DNA of 64,000 bases. It comes from a bacterium (lineage in GTDB: Bacteria > SAR324 > NAC60-12). The DNA is taken from the NCBI GenBank assembly GCA_965209155.1, contig OZ242383.1, forward strand, positions 2,912,001-2,976,000, read 5' to 3'. Position 1 is the first letter of the stretch, and each line of letters begins with the position of its first letter. This document shows positions 43,101 through 53,975 of this stretch, in pieces. Position numbers and translations under genes: made by a program. Below the pieces are notes generated by a model. It had not been told where the DNA came from. It worked only from the letters and a program-made list of their open reading frames with translations, and did no database searches.

Positions 43101-45945
43101 GTGGCAGCAGACCCTCGTTCAAATCAAATCCAGCCTGGCCGGTAAAAGCGTCGCGGACGTGATGCGCTTTGAGACACTCACCCAACAGGATGCCGAGGTC
43201 CTGGTCCCTATCCTCTATGAACTCCATGTGGCCTATGGCGAGGCTGGGACTACTTTGGATGACGGCCTTTGGCAGCCCATCGCTTTAAAACGTATCTCAT
43301 TTCTGCTGAATCATTTTCATCCGAAACAATCACCCGAATCCTATGGTCTCCTTGGATCGATATATTGCGTGTTTATGCAGGATTTTGAATTTGGTTATGA
43401 ACTCGGTCGTCTGGGCATACAGCTCATGGAAGCGCTTGATCTGAAGGAAATAAACTGTAGAGTTTCCGGGAGTTTCAATGGTGGGATCCGGTCCTACCGG
43501 GAGCCGCTATCGGCGTCATTGGAGCCCTTGCTGGAAGCTCATAAGATGGGAATCGAGACGGGGGATTTCTACAATGCCGGTCGTAGCGCTGTCGTAAGAT
43601 GTCAGATTGCCTTTATGTGCGGGAAAGAGCTGAATTGGCTGAAAGGGGAATTGTCGATATTGAAGGCTGCTCTCAAGAAGATCGATTATATTCTCGGGTC
43701 TCCCCAAGTCGAAATGCTGACGAAGGCGGTCACGATTCTGGTGGAGGAACCTTCGAACCTGTCAAGCGGCATCATGGATCAATACCACAGGGTGGCAGGT
43801 GCAGAGTTCGTATATCATGAACAGAGCTGTTATAATTACCAGAAGCTGGTGCTGCAAACCCTGTTCGAAGAATACGAAGCAGCCCGGGAGACGGTTTTTG
43901 AAATGATCAACCTGATGAAAACCTACAAGGATGCCCTTGTTGATCCCCTGGCCAACTGCTACCTCTCCCTCGCTCTCCTCGCGGTTTGCGGCCGGGGGAG
44001 CGAGGGGGAAAAGGAGGAAATCCTCACCCAGGTTGATGACCATCAGGAGACGTTGGAGAAACTGGCGCGCTGCGCACCGTCTAATTATTTGCATAAGTAC
44101 CACCTGGTGGAAGCCGAACGGATGCGAGTTTTGGATGGTGAACCCGATACCATTATGCACCACTATGACCAAGCCATCGCTTTGGCCAGGGAGAGCGGAT
44201 TTATCCACGAGGAAGCCCTGGCCAATGAACTGGCAGCCAGGTACTTGCTCAACCAGGGGCAGAACGACGACGCCCGGGCTTACCTGCACTCAGCAATGGA
44301 GAAATACGAAGCCTGGGGGGCAAAACGGAAGGTCGCGCACCTGAAGTCTCGATATCCCAACCTGATTGCCGATGATCACACTGAAGCGGTGTCTCCTTCA
44401 GCCAACCTGGATCTGGGGACGATTCTCAAAGCCTCGGAGGCCATCTCCAGTACACTCGAGTTGGAACCGCTGCTCGAGATTCTGCTTGGCATTCTCATAG
44501 AAAATGCCGGGGCCCAGACAGCAGCCCTGATTCTGGAAACCGAAGATCAGTCTCTCATCGCTGCCCGCGGGAGTGCCGAGCAGGTCGAATATTTCCTGCC
44601 GCTTTCCCTGCCTGTGGAAAATGCCCAATCCCTCTCCCTCTCGGTCATCTCCTGGGTGAAACAAACCCGGGAACATCTGGTTTTGGACAACGCCGCCCGG
44701 GAAGAACGGTTTGCCGGGGATGACTATATTAAACGGGAGCGTCCTAAATCCATCCTGTGCGCGCCAATCACTCATCAGTCCGCCTTGAGTGGAATCATTT
44801 ACCTGGAAAACAACCTGGTTGAGGGAGCCTTCACTCCCCTGCGACTCGAGGTGATCAAGCATCTTAGCTCCCAGATCGCCATTTCCCTGGAAAATGCCAG
44901 GCTTCACGAAAACCTCAAAAAGGCGATGGACGAACTGAAAGCGAGCGAAATCTCCTTGCGTGAGGAAAATGTCCACCTGAAAGCCAATATCAAGGAGCGT
45001 TATCGGTTCGGAAAGATCATCGGCAAAAGTCCCGTGATGCAGAGGATTTATGAATTGATCTTAAAGGCGGCGGCTAGCGATGCGGGTGTCATTGTCTATG
45101 GTGAATCAGGGACCGGGAAAGAACTGGTGGCCGAAGCTATCCATGAGATGAGTGATAGAAAAGAAAAACCCTTTGTTCCCGTCAACGTCGGCGGCGTTGC
45201 GGAAACCCTCTTGGAAAGTGAGTTTTTCGGCTACAAAAAAGGGGCCTTTACCGGAGCCAACACGGATAAGCTGGGCCTGCTCCATTTGGCAGACAAAGGC
45301 ACGCTTTTCCTGGATGAATTAGGCGAAATCGGCCCCAACCTGCAGGCCAAACTGCTGCGCGCTATTGAGGGCAGAGGGTTCACGCCAGTAGGCGGCCTTA
45401 AAGCGGAAACCTCCGATTTTCGCGTCATTGCCGCCACCAATAAGGATTTAAAACAACAGGTGAAAAAGGGATTGATACGGGAGGATTTCTTCTACCGCAT
45501 CCACATTATCCCCATTCACTTGCCGCCTCTCCGGGAACGTAAAGAGGATATCCCCCTTTTAATCGAGCATTTTATGCAAAACCACCCCCCCTCAAAGAAC
45601 CTGCCCAAAATCACCGTCGCTGTCATGGAAGCTCTGACTTCCTATGATTGGCCGGGAAACGTCAGGGAACTGATCAACACCATGCATCGCTACCTGACGT
45701 TCAAGAAACTCGACTTCCTCGATTCCTCTTTCATCGAGGCCAGCCAACCAGAACCACCGGTCTCGGTTGAGGCGCGTGAAACCCATGAACCCTTGGATGC
45801 CACTATGAAGCGACTCGAAAAACTGTATTTGACCAGGGTGCTGGACGATAATGACTGGCAACAGAGCAAAGTTTCAGCCATTCTGTGGGTTGATCGTAAA
45901 ACGTTGTATCGAAAAATAAACCAATACCATCTCAAACCCTCATAA
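40147..45945 (+). pseudogene. Disrupted paralogue of the arm-domain/pseudokinase/AAA/GAF/sigma54 activator (no PAS); 3' part 42562-45945 is still open
   Basis: Collinear with 54236-60481 in a single frame; stops at 40333, 40660, 40963, 41638, 41857 and 42559; 102-nt in-frame deletion near 42470. Confidence 0.92.
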
Positions 45946-46153
45946 AGAGAAGATGGTTTTGATGGGCCCCTGGAAGGGGCTTTCCGGAGGCAGAAGCGGA
46001 ATTCCGCCTGGTCAGAAGAAAACGTCGTGCCATCGAAAGATCAGCAATGTAACAGGCTTGTAGAACTCAGAGAAAACCGGTACGCTTACTCTCAAAGAAG
46101 GTGTTAATCGCCGATTTAGTGATAGGCCCTACTCACACCTAAAGGATGGTTAT

Positions 46154-46423
46154 ATGACTCTTGAAGATATTCTGATTGATATTCACTCCCTTGAAGAAGA
46201 ATTGCTTGATTTTGAAAGAAAGTATGGCGTTCGTTCGGACATATTCTACGCAGCCTATATGAGTGGTGAAGAACCCGAAGATGAAAATTGGGTCTTAGAT
46301 TTTGGAGAATGGGCCAGCGTCTTTCGTACGTGGTTAGCACGTCAAGCAACCTATCGTGACCAAGTACAACGAATTCAGCCTGATAAGCCGACTTTGAGTG
46401 GTTTGATTCGGGTTTCTGTATGA
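46154..46423 (+). CDS. Putative antitoxin, TumA-like
   Basis: Small acidic protein with FERKYG...FY...DFGEW pattern; overlaps next gene (ATGA). Confidence 0.65.
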   Translation: MTLEDILIDIHSLEEELLDFERKYGVRSDIFYAAYMSGEEPEDENWVLDFGEWASVFRTWLARQATYRDQVQRIQPDKPTLSGLIRVSV

Positions 46424-46851
46424 ATAATGCTCTCCGAAGCATCAAAGACTATGAACTGTTTATTTACACACTCACCGAGCAGTTCCCTGTCATCCAACGT
46501 TCAACTTTGCGTTTAATCCGTCGTGGGACAACCTTAGCTCGTGTGGAGGGGGAACTGTACTTTACAAAAGATGTATGGATCGCCATCCGTGAACGAATTG
46601 TTTATCATCGTTTACCTGCCGTCATTGACGAATATGGATATGAGATCCGACAAAAAGAGAAAAAACTATACTGGTACGATTCTCAACCACATCCTGATGA
46701 TTCGAATTTGCAAAGCACTCATCCCCATCACAAGCATATTCCGTCAGACATGAAACATAATAGGATTCCTGCAGAAGGAATGAGTTTTGTGCAACCCAAT
46801 TTACCTATTTTGATTCATGAAATCCAAGAATTGCTGAACAGCCTGTCGTAG
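46420..46851 (+). CDS. Putative toxin, DUF6516/TumE-like
   Basis: YGYE...WYDSQPHP...STHPHHKH motif. Confidence 0.72.
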   Translation: MNNALRSIKDYELFIYTLTEQFPVIQRSTLRLIRRGTTLARVEGELYFTKDVWIAIRERIVYHRLPAVIDEYGYEIRQKEKKLYWYDSQPHPDDSNLQSTHPHHKHIPSDMKHNRIPAEGMSFVQPNLPILIHEIQELLNSLS

Positions 46852-46906
46852 TCTTCCTGAAAGCGGCAATCCACGAAACGCTTGATTCAGGTAAATATAA
46901 TTATAT

Positions 46907-47125
46907 GGGGCATATTTGCCCCGCTAAGAGGCATATCTGCCCCAATCCAGGATTAGTGTTTAATATCAATGTATTACTGCCGAAAATCCATCATTTTTTG
47001 CGTTTAAGTGTGGCAAAATTGCCCCATTTTACCAAAAAATCACCTCAAAACTGGCAGCCCTCTTTCCCATAGGTCGCCTCAGCCCCCACCAATCCTGCGT
47101 TTCGAGCAGTTGGCATGACTTTTGA
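46907..47125 (+). promoter_or_regulatory. Three enhancer-like palindromes plus sigma54-type promoter (unit 1)
   Basis: GGCA-N4-TGCC at 46907, 46928 and 47010; TGGCATGACTTTTGA at 47111-47125 (GG-N10-GA); conserved at 61324-61542. Confidence 0.7.
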
Positions 47126-47162
47126 CGCTAAAGACTCCCTGCAGGGGGGCAATGAAGTTTTG

Positions 47163-47190
47163 GCTGTTAGCTCTTAGCTTTCAGCGATTA
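47163..47190 (+). repeat. Degenerate heptamer tandem repeat (GCTGTTA GCTCTTA GCTTTCA GCGATTA)
   Basis: Four 7-mers; equivalent at 61579-61606. Confidence 0.55.
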
Positions 47191-47347
47191 GGGGGGGTCT
47201 TCCTGATTATAGAGCTTTTATATTACTGAAAACCCGATGAAAGGAGGAAATGCCTATGGAATAAAACTCGTTTTGAAACAGCTGATGGGCGCGTGAGAGC
47301 GTCATTTTCTCATATTTTTTATTTTTTATTTTTTTAAGGAGAATCTT

Positions 47348-49144
47348 ATGAAATCGAAAATCGCTATTCTAAACAACCCTTCATCTTGGCTTTTTAATCA
47401 AAAATCAGAAAGGAATCAAATGAATCGACAAAAAAGCAAATCAACCTTCAGTACAACCCTGCTGGCCCTCATGCTGGCCCTCATTCTAGGGGGGGCAGGC
47501 TTCTTGGGCAGCCCGGCCTGGGCAGCCGAACCGCAATACGGTGGGAGTATTACATTCCTGGACGGATATGGGGGGCGCTTCCCACCTACACAATGGGACC
47601 CCGCCAAAGGTGTTTGGACGGTAGGTGTTTATGTTGAACCGTATTATGAGACCCTTTTGGCTACAGACTTTGTGAAGAATGGGCCACGCGGGACCAATGA
47701 GTATCCGTCCTATCACTCTCAAGGGGCTATTGAAGAGTTGCTAACAGGTCGGTTGGCTGAAAGCTGGTCGGTGCCCGATGAGACCACACTTATTTTCAAA
47801 CTACGTGAGGGAATCATGTGGCAGGCCAAGCCGGGAGTCATGGAATCAAGGGAGCTGACAGCGGAGGATGTAGCTTATAGCTTTACGTTTGGGCGCTATG
47901 AACATCGCCAGGATGTGGGGGGAAATGGCAGTCAATCACAGCTACGGATAAGTACACGGTTGAAATCAAGATGGAAGGTTTCCTAGCTGAATGGTATCAT
48001 ACCTTTGGATACGCCGCTTGGGCTGAGTCGAGCATCGTACCTCGTGAGATGACGGACGAGTATATGAAAGACTGGAAAAATCATGTAGGGCTGGGGACAG
48101 GCCCGTTTCATCTCGAGGACTTTGTGGAAGGCAGCACGGTAACTTACGTAAGGAATCCCAATTACTGAGACAGTTACGTATTCAATGACAAGAAATACGA
48201 GATTCCGTTTATCGACCGCATGGTAAAAACTCTAATACTGGATAAATCCTCCCAGGTCGCTGCGTTACGAACAGGGAAGATTGACGTGTATGATGTACTC
48301 CAAAAAAAGTTCGTCGACTCGCTAAAAAGATCAAGTCCCAAACTAAAGATGATCGAGAGAGCCTGGAGAATCGGCATGAGGCTGGATGTGAAGCCCTTTG
48401 ACGATCTCAGGGTGCGCAAAGCAATCAGCATGGCTATAGATCGAGAAGCCTTTATCAATATCTTGTGGGGGGGGGGCTGGAGTGATTTTAAACGCTGAGC
48501 TCCATTCAGGATATGCCGAAAATCTCTTCACTCCTATGGAGAAGCTACCGGAATTAACTCGGGAGAATTTTGAGTATAACCCTGATCGTGCGAGGCAACT
48601 ATTAGCCGAGGTAGGCTACCCGAACGGTTTCGAGACTACCATACAAACATATGCGCAGGAGCCCGAGCAAGATGTGGCTGCTTTTCTGGCAGCTATGTGG
48701 AAGGATATCGGAATCGAAGTTAAAATTGATTTGCGGGATCAGTCTACTTTTTATGGCCTACTTAATAAAAATGAGCATGCGCCGATTACCTTGTTGGCTA
48801 ACTCAGTTGGTCTTCCGGGACTTACTATGAACGCTTTTGCAATTGATGAGGCTGCTTTGGCTCAAGTCGCGGTGGTTGATGATCCTGAATTAAACGAGAT
48901 CTATGAGCGGTGGTCGCAAACATCGGACCCAGTTGAAGCGGACAAGATCATGAAGGGTTTGAACCAGTTGTGGCTGTTGAAAACTTATGTGGCCTATGCA
49001 CCAACTCCAATGGTAACCATGGCTTACTGGCCATTGGTGGAGAACTACGCCGGTGAAGTCAATGATACCTGCTGTTTTTCTGTAGGAGGGATTTTCGCTC
49101 GTGCCTGGATCAATAGCGATTTAAAGGCAGAAATATTGGGGTAG
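47348..49144 (+). pseudogene. Disrupted family 5 substrate-binding protein
   Basis: Paralogue of 62225-64000; frameshift near G6 at 47917, TGG>TGA at 48166, frameshift at G10 48467-48476. Confidence 0.9.
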
Positions 49145-49151
49145 TAATGAG

Positions 49152-49340
49152 CCAATCGGGGAATGGAGCGATCTCATTCCCCGACTCCGGCATGCGCTTC
49201 CCAACGCCCTCATTCCGGTGATCACCGTCTACGGCCTCAATATTTTCAGCGACGCCCTCAGGGATTTTCTCGACCCCCGGTTGCGGGGCGCTGCAGGGCG
49301 CTATGGCGTGTCCTCAACAAAAGAGAACTTCATGATTTTT
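49152..49340 (+). pseudogene. Collapsed remnant of DppB and DppC permeases
   Basis: One frame reads DLIPRL / RHALPNALIPVIT / VYGLNIFSDALRDFLDPRLRG, i.e. two DppB pieces and the DppC C-terminus. Confidence 0.8.
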
Positions 49341-49356
49341 GGAAAGGAAACGCAAC

Positions 49357-50385
49357 ATGGCAAAATATTACACACTCCTCATCGGCACCGTCGGCCAAGG
49401 GCTGAACGTGAGTGCCGATGGCGGTGAATCCTGGACCCCCATCTATCAGCCTATCTGGCATGAGTCCAACGTCAGGGCGTTGTGCGTGGATCCGTCCAAC
49501 CCCCGGCGGGTATTGGCTGGTGTTGATGGTCATCAATTATTACCCTCATCCCAGGTGGGCGTTTTCCGCAGCGACGGCGGCGGCATGACCTGGGAAAACC
49601 TGGATGCTCCCACAGCGGGCCTTGAAATCTGGTCGGTGACTGTCGATCCTACGGATCCGGACACCCTCTTTGTGGGCACGCGACCCGAGGGATTTCGATC
49701 CCGGGATGGGGGGCGGACTTGGAGCAAGCTTCAGATGGGCGTAAACATGAAAAACCCCCTGTCTCCAGCACTTCCTGACTCGCCGCCGCGGACCACCTGC
49801 ATGGTGGTAAATCCCAGGAACAACGACACCATCTGGGCTGGCATGGAAGTTGACGGGGTATACAAGAGCCTGGATGGCGGCGACACATGGGGCCACCTGC
49901 CCGACCTGGGGCCTGACCCCTTCCATGGCGACATTCACAGTCTGACTCTGAAGACTGGCGCCCGTTCCACAGTCTACTGCACCTCGCCCTTTGGCATCGC
50001 CACCAGCCACGACGAAGGCGAAAGCTGGGATTACCACAATTTCCCTCAGTTCCATGAAGGCGCTCGCGCGTCCTACTGCCGCGGCATGGTCATCAAAGCG
50101 GATAACCCCGATGTCATGTTCGTCGGCACCGGCGACACGATTCCCGGTGTCACCGGTGCCGTGCAGCGCACCCAGAATGCCGGGAAAAGTTGGCAACCGG
50201 TGTCCCTGCCGGTAGAGCCCAACTCCCATATCTATGGGATAGCCACTCACAAGGAGCGGCCCCACGTAATCGTCGCGGCCAGCTTCTATGGCTATGTGTA
50301 CGTGAGCGAAGACGGAGGTGATTCCTGGCAAAAACTGCAAAAAGAGTTTGGCGAGGTCCGTTCCGTGGCCTTGCTGCCAAACTAG
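49357..50385 (+). CDS. BNR/Asp-box beta-propeller protein (sialidase/VPS10-like)
   Basis: Repeated SxDGGxxW boxes (SADGGESW, SRDGGRTW, SLDGGDTW, SEDGGDSW); SD GAAAGGA. Confidence 0.88.
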   Translation: MAKYYTLLIGTVGQGLNVSADGGESWTPIYQPIWHESNVRALCVDPSNPRRVLAGVDGHQLLPSSQVGVFRSDGGGMTWENLDAPTAGLEIWSVTVDPTDPDTLFVGTRPEGFRSRDGGRTWSKLQMGVNMKNPLSPALPDSPPRTTCMVVNPRNNDTIWAGMEVDGVYKSLDGGDTWGHLPDLGPDPFHGDIHSLTLKTGARSTVYCTSPFGIATSHDEGESWDYHNFPQFHEGARASYCRGMVIKADNPDVMFVGTGDTIPGVTGAVQRTQNAGKSWQPVSLPVEPNSHIYGIATHKERPHVIVAASFYGYVYVSEDGGDSWQKLQKEFGEVRSVALLPN

Positions 50386-50407
50386 TTGGGTGTGATTTTC
50401 TATTTTT

Positions 50408-50528
50408 GTCATTCCTGCGGTCCACCGAGCGGCTTGACCAGGAATCCAGCCGTACGCGGAAGCGGCCGACGTGGAACGGGTATGCAACGCTATCTGGTAC
50501 ATGGATCCCGGATCAAGTCCGGGATGAC
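50408..50528. repeat. REP-like bipartite palindromic element
   Basis: GTCATTCC...CTTGACCAGGAATCCA and TGGATCCCGGATCAAGTCCGGGATGAC as inverted ends. Confidence 0.75.
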
Positions 50529-50572
50529 ATATCATTGTAATCATTAATTATTCTAATGCAGGAGACAGAAAC

Positions 50573-51277
50573 ATGACGAATAGAAAGATAAAAACAGCAG
50601 TGATTACCGGCGAGCACGAGTATGACGTGGTCGGCTTCCAGTCCATGCTTCGCACCATTCCCGAAATTGAGGCCTACCCTCAGAACATGTGGGACTTCAT
50701 TACCGACCCGGCGCGTGGTCCAGGGAACTACGACGTACTAGTGTTCTACAACTGGCACCAAAGCACGCCCGCTGAAAAAGATGGCAAATTAGAGCCAGGA
50801 ACCTCTAAGCAGAGCGGAGGAGACCTAAAGGAGATACTGGAGGGGATTCGCCGTGATGGGGACCAGGGGATATTTCTGCTGCATCACGCGCTGATGGCCT
50901 TTCCCGACTGGTCGCTCTGGAGAGAGCTTAGCGGCATGCGTCAGCGAGGCGAAATACCGGTCGCCCTTGACCAGACCGTGAACATCGACGACGTGGACAC
51001 GGAGCATCGCATCACTGCCACACTGGAGCCGTGGGACATCGTCGACGAGACCTATCACATAGATGACGCGGACGAGGATAGCCACATCCTGCTCACCACC
51101 GATCATCCCTTGAGTATGAAGACGATCGCGTGGACTCGGACCTTCGGTAAGGCGAGGGTCTTCTGCTATCAGAACGGGCACGATAACCGGGCCTTCACAA
51201 AAGCCAGTTTTCGAACGGTAGTGGGGCGGGGCATCCAGTGGTTAGCGGGGAGACAAACTACCATCAATCATCAATAA
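50573..51277 (+). CDS. ThuA-like (class I GATase-like) protein
   Basis: ITGEHEYD, LLHHAL, DETY, AWTRTFGKARVF...GHD. Confidence 0.85.
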   Translation: MTNRKIKTAVITGEHEYDVVGFQSMLRTIPEIEAYPQNMWDFITDPARGPGNYDVLVFYNWHQSTPAEKDGKLEPGTSKQSGGDLKEILEGIRRDGDQGIFLLHHALMAFPDWSLWRELSGMRQRGEIPVALDQTVNIDDVDTEHRITATLEPWDIVDETYHIDDADEDSHILLTTDHPLSMKTIAWTRTFGKARVFCYQNGHDNRAFTKASFRTVVGRGIQWLAGRQTTINHQ

Positions 51278-51289
51278 AAGACGGAAACC

Positions 51290-52045
51290 ATGAGACTGAA
51301 AGACAAAGTCGCTTTTATCAGCGGAGGAGCCAGGGGCTTGGGCGCAGGGATTGCCAAGCTGTTTGCCAGGGAAGGGGCCAAAGTGGTCATTGGAGACGTG
51401 TTGGAAGAAGAAGGGCGTCAGACCGAAACCGTAATTAATGAAACCGGTGGCGAGTGCCTATTCGTCCGGTTGGATGTCACCAGCGAGGCTGAGTGGAAGC
51501 AAGCCGTGGCGTCCACGGTCACCCGCTTCGGGAAACTGAACGTTCTGGTGAACAATGCGGGTACTTGCCGATTCGCTCGGGTGGAGGAGATCACCAGCGA
51601 GCAGTGGGATTGGGATTTGGATATAAATGCCAAGGGTGCGTTTCTGGGGACAAAACAAGCCATACCCGAGATGCGAAAAGCGGGCGGCGGCTCCATGATC
51701 AATATCGCTTCGGTGGCTGCGCTGGAAGGCACCATGGGGACGTCGTGCACCTACAACACGTCCAAGGCTGCGATGCGGCTATTGACCAAGTCCACCGCTG
51801 TTCAATACGCCAGGGAAGGGATCCGCGTCAACTCCATCCTTCCGGGCAACATCGAAACAATGATGATCGCCCACTTTTTGGAGGAGGAGGAATCTCGACA
51901 GGACCTGTTCAACAGTATTCCCCTGGGTCACGCGGGCCAGCCGGAAGACGTGGCCTACGGCGCCCTTTACCTGGCTTCGGACGAGTCCTCTTTTGTCACC
52001 GGCAGCGATTTGGTCATTGACGGTGGAGCAACCGCAGGGAAGTGA
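51290..52045 (+). CDS. SDR dehydrogenase (steroid/cyclic alcohol dehydrogenase-like)
   Basis: SGGARGLG, LDVT, NNAG, YNTSK, VTGSDLVIDGG. Confidence 0.93.
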   Translation: MRLKDKVAFISGGARGLGAGIAKLFAREGAKVVIGDVLEEEGRQTETVINETGGECLFVRLDVTSEAEWKQAVASTVTRFGKLNVLVNNAGTCRFARVEEITSEQWDWDLDINAKGAFLGTKQAIPEMRKAGGGSMINIASVAALEGTMGTSCTYNTSKAAMRLLTKSTAVQYAREGIRVNSILPGNIETMMIAHFLEEEESRQDLFNSIPLGHAGQPEDVAYGALYLASDESSFVTGSDLVIDGGATAGK

Positions 52046-52598
52046 TGGGAGAATGATGAGAGAGGAGCCATTTAACTGAATTCTAAGGTGCTATTTATGC
52101 CAATATTGACGAAACATCAGGTTGTCCGTATCACATAAAAGCCCTCTTCGACTCATACGAGGTCCGTGACCAGTTGGCCGATGTCTTTCCCTCTGGAGGA
52201 AACCCTTAGTACATTAGGTTAAAAATTATTATAAATTCATTAGGGATGGTCTTAACCAGACTAACCGGCTGGGGAATGACTTCAAAGGGTGAGATAACGG
52301 CAAGCTCACAAGTACCTACCCACCGGAACAGCTTACCGAAGCTCGCGAGCGCCTCAGCGAGCAGGCCGAGGCCGAGCGATCATTTCGCTCGCCGCTCAAA
52401 TTTTGCCTTCTCCGTTTATTGGTCAATGCGATTCCCTCGTCCGTATAAGGCTTTCTTTTTTCTTTGGAAATAAGAGTCGAGATGGCTTTGAAAGCTATAT
52501 CAAAGCTAAAAAATATAGAAGGTTGTAAATGATATTTAAATTAAGATAGGAGTGAATATTTTAGTTGAAAATATGTCAGAAATGATATAAAAACAGGA

Positions 52599-52937
52599 AT
52601 GAAAACGAAAAACAAACCTCTGGCATGGTTGAACAGCGAAATCAAAACACCGCTATTTTCGAGAGAATCCCGAATTGAAGCGGGAATATTATTGAGGCAA
52701 CTCCAGCAAGGGGAAAAGCTTGCCATGCCTCAATCGAGACCAGTGCCGTCTATTGGCTCCCGATGCCATGAATTGCGGATTCCAGATGGTGATATGTTTT
52801 GGCGGATCATGTATTCTATCGAGTCAGATGCCATCATCATTCTTGAGGTATTTAAAAAGAAGACACAAGCGACCCCGAAATCTGTGATTTCAGTCTGCCA
52901 AGAGCGATTGAAACGTTACCGAAGAGATTCTCAATAA
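52599..52937 (+). CDS. Type II toxin, RelE/Gp49 (HigB-like)
   Basis: CHELRI...WRIMY...ILEVFKKKTQATP; toxin-first order. Confidence 0.88.
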   Translation: MKTKNKPLAWLNSEIKTPLFSRESRIEAGILLRQLQQGEKLAMPQSRPVPSIGSRCHELRIPDGDMFWRIMYSIESDAIIILEVFKKKTQATPKSVISVCQERLKRYRRDSQ

Positions 52938-52950
52938 TTCAAGGAAAAAT

Positions 52951-53286
52951 ATGGACTCAAAAAAGAAGAAGAGGTTGGAAGAGAAAGGCTGGAGAATTGG
53001 CTCCACCGAAGACTTTCTAGAACTTTCTGCAGAAGAGTCAGCCTATATCGAACTGAAAATGGCTCTATGTGAAAATTTGAAAAGCATCAGAAAACGGAAA
53101 CGAATGACACAAGTCCAACTGGCAAAAGTTTTAAATTCCAGTCAATCTCGCATTGCTAAAATGGAATCAGGAGATCCGAGTGTTTCTCTTGATCTTTTGT
53201 TTCGTTCTCTTTTCACTTTGGGACAATCCGTCTCGGACTTGGCAAAAGTTTTTGAACACCCGAAATTAGAAATTCACAAATCCTAA
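52951..53286 (+). CDS. XRE HTH antitoxin (HigA-like)
   Basis: MTQVQLAKVLNSSQSRIAKMESGDPSVSLDLL. Confidence 0.88.
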   Translation: MDSKKKKRLEEKGWRIGSTEDFLELSAEESAYIELKMALCENLKSIRKRKRMTQVQLAKVLNSSQSRIAKMESGDPSVSLDLLFRSLFTLGQSVSDLAKVFEHPKLEIHKS

Positions 53287-53403
53287 AATGGGCACTTTAT
53301 TGAATCAAGTGATTCAGGTTGCTTGTCAAACAGCGATTTTCGGAGTTTTCACAAAGATCCGCTGCCTTCTCCATCCAGAGCGCAATTGTGCTCAAGGTCC
53401 CTT

Positions 53404-53673
53404 AGTCTATTGTACCTCGCCATTTGGGCTCGCCACCAACCACGACGAAGGCGAAAGCTGGGATTACCACGAGTTCCCCAAGCTCCATGAAGCAGATGGC
53501 GCAACCTACTGCCACGGCATGGTCATCAAAGCGGATAACCCCGAGGTCATGTTCGTCGACAACGGCGACACGATTTCCGGTGTCACCAGTGCCGTGCGGC
53601 GCACCCGTGTTGCCGGCAAAAGCTGGGAACCGGTGTCCCTGCCGGTAGAGCCCAACTCCCATATCTATGGGAT
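53404..53673 (+). pseudogene. 270-bp internal fragment duplicating the BNR gene (49971-50240)
   Basis: Ungapped alignment at offset 3433; VYCTSPFG...EPNSHIYG. Confidence 0.9.
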
Positions 53674-53739
53674 GGTCATTCTACCTTCAGACAGGTGGTT
53701 GCCACACGAGCGACTGAAATGGCGATCGAGAAGGCTCGG

Positions 53740-53805
53740 AAAGGGGTCAAATCTTTTTTCGCTTTATCCAAGGTTTAAATATTGTAAAAAAGGGGTCAAA
53801 TCTTT
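53740..53805 (+). repeat. 17-bp direct repeat AAAGGGGTCAAATCTTT x2
   Basis: Exact copies at 53740 and 53789. Confidence 0.75.
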
Positions 53806-53975
53806 CAATTGGGCTCAAAAAGGAATGGGGGTTGATTAAGACCATAAGGCACCAAATGGTACGCCTCAGAGATTTGAGCCGAAGGGCACGAGATATTCTC
53901 CAGAGTATAGAACATGGCCTATAAATGGTTTCTCATTGCAAATAAATGGTAACTGTCCCCAGATTTTTAGGTTAA

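Noticed and set aside
49546..50544. 332-aa minus-strand ORF
   Set aside because: Antisense shadow of the BNR gene running into a repeat; no motifs
52246..52473. Small ORF or attC site upstream of the HigBA-like pair
   Set aside because: Has a TAAC start and GC-rich hairpins but no matching right arm, and the translation is not protein-like
53288..53839. 183-aa ORF as a real gene
   Set aside because: Chimera of unrelated flanks around a duplicated internal fragment
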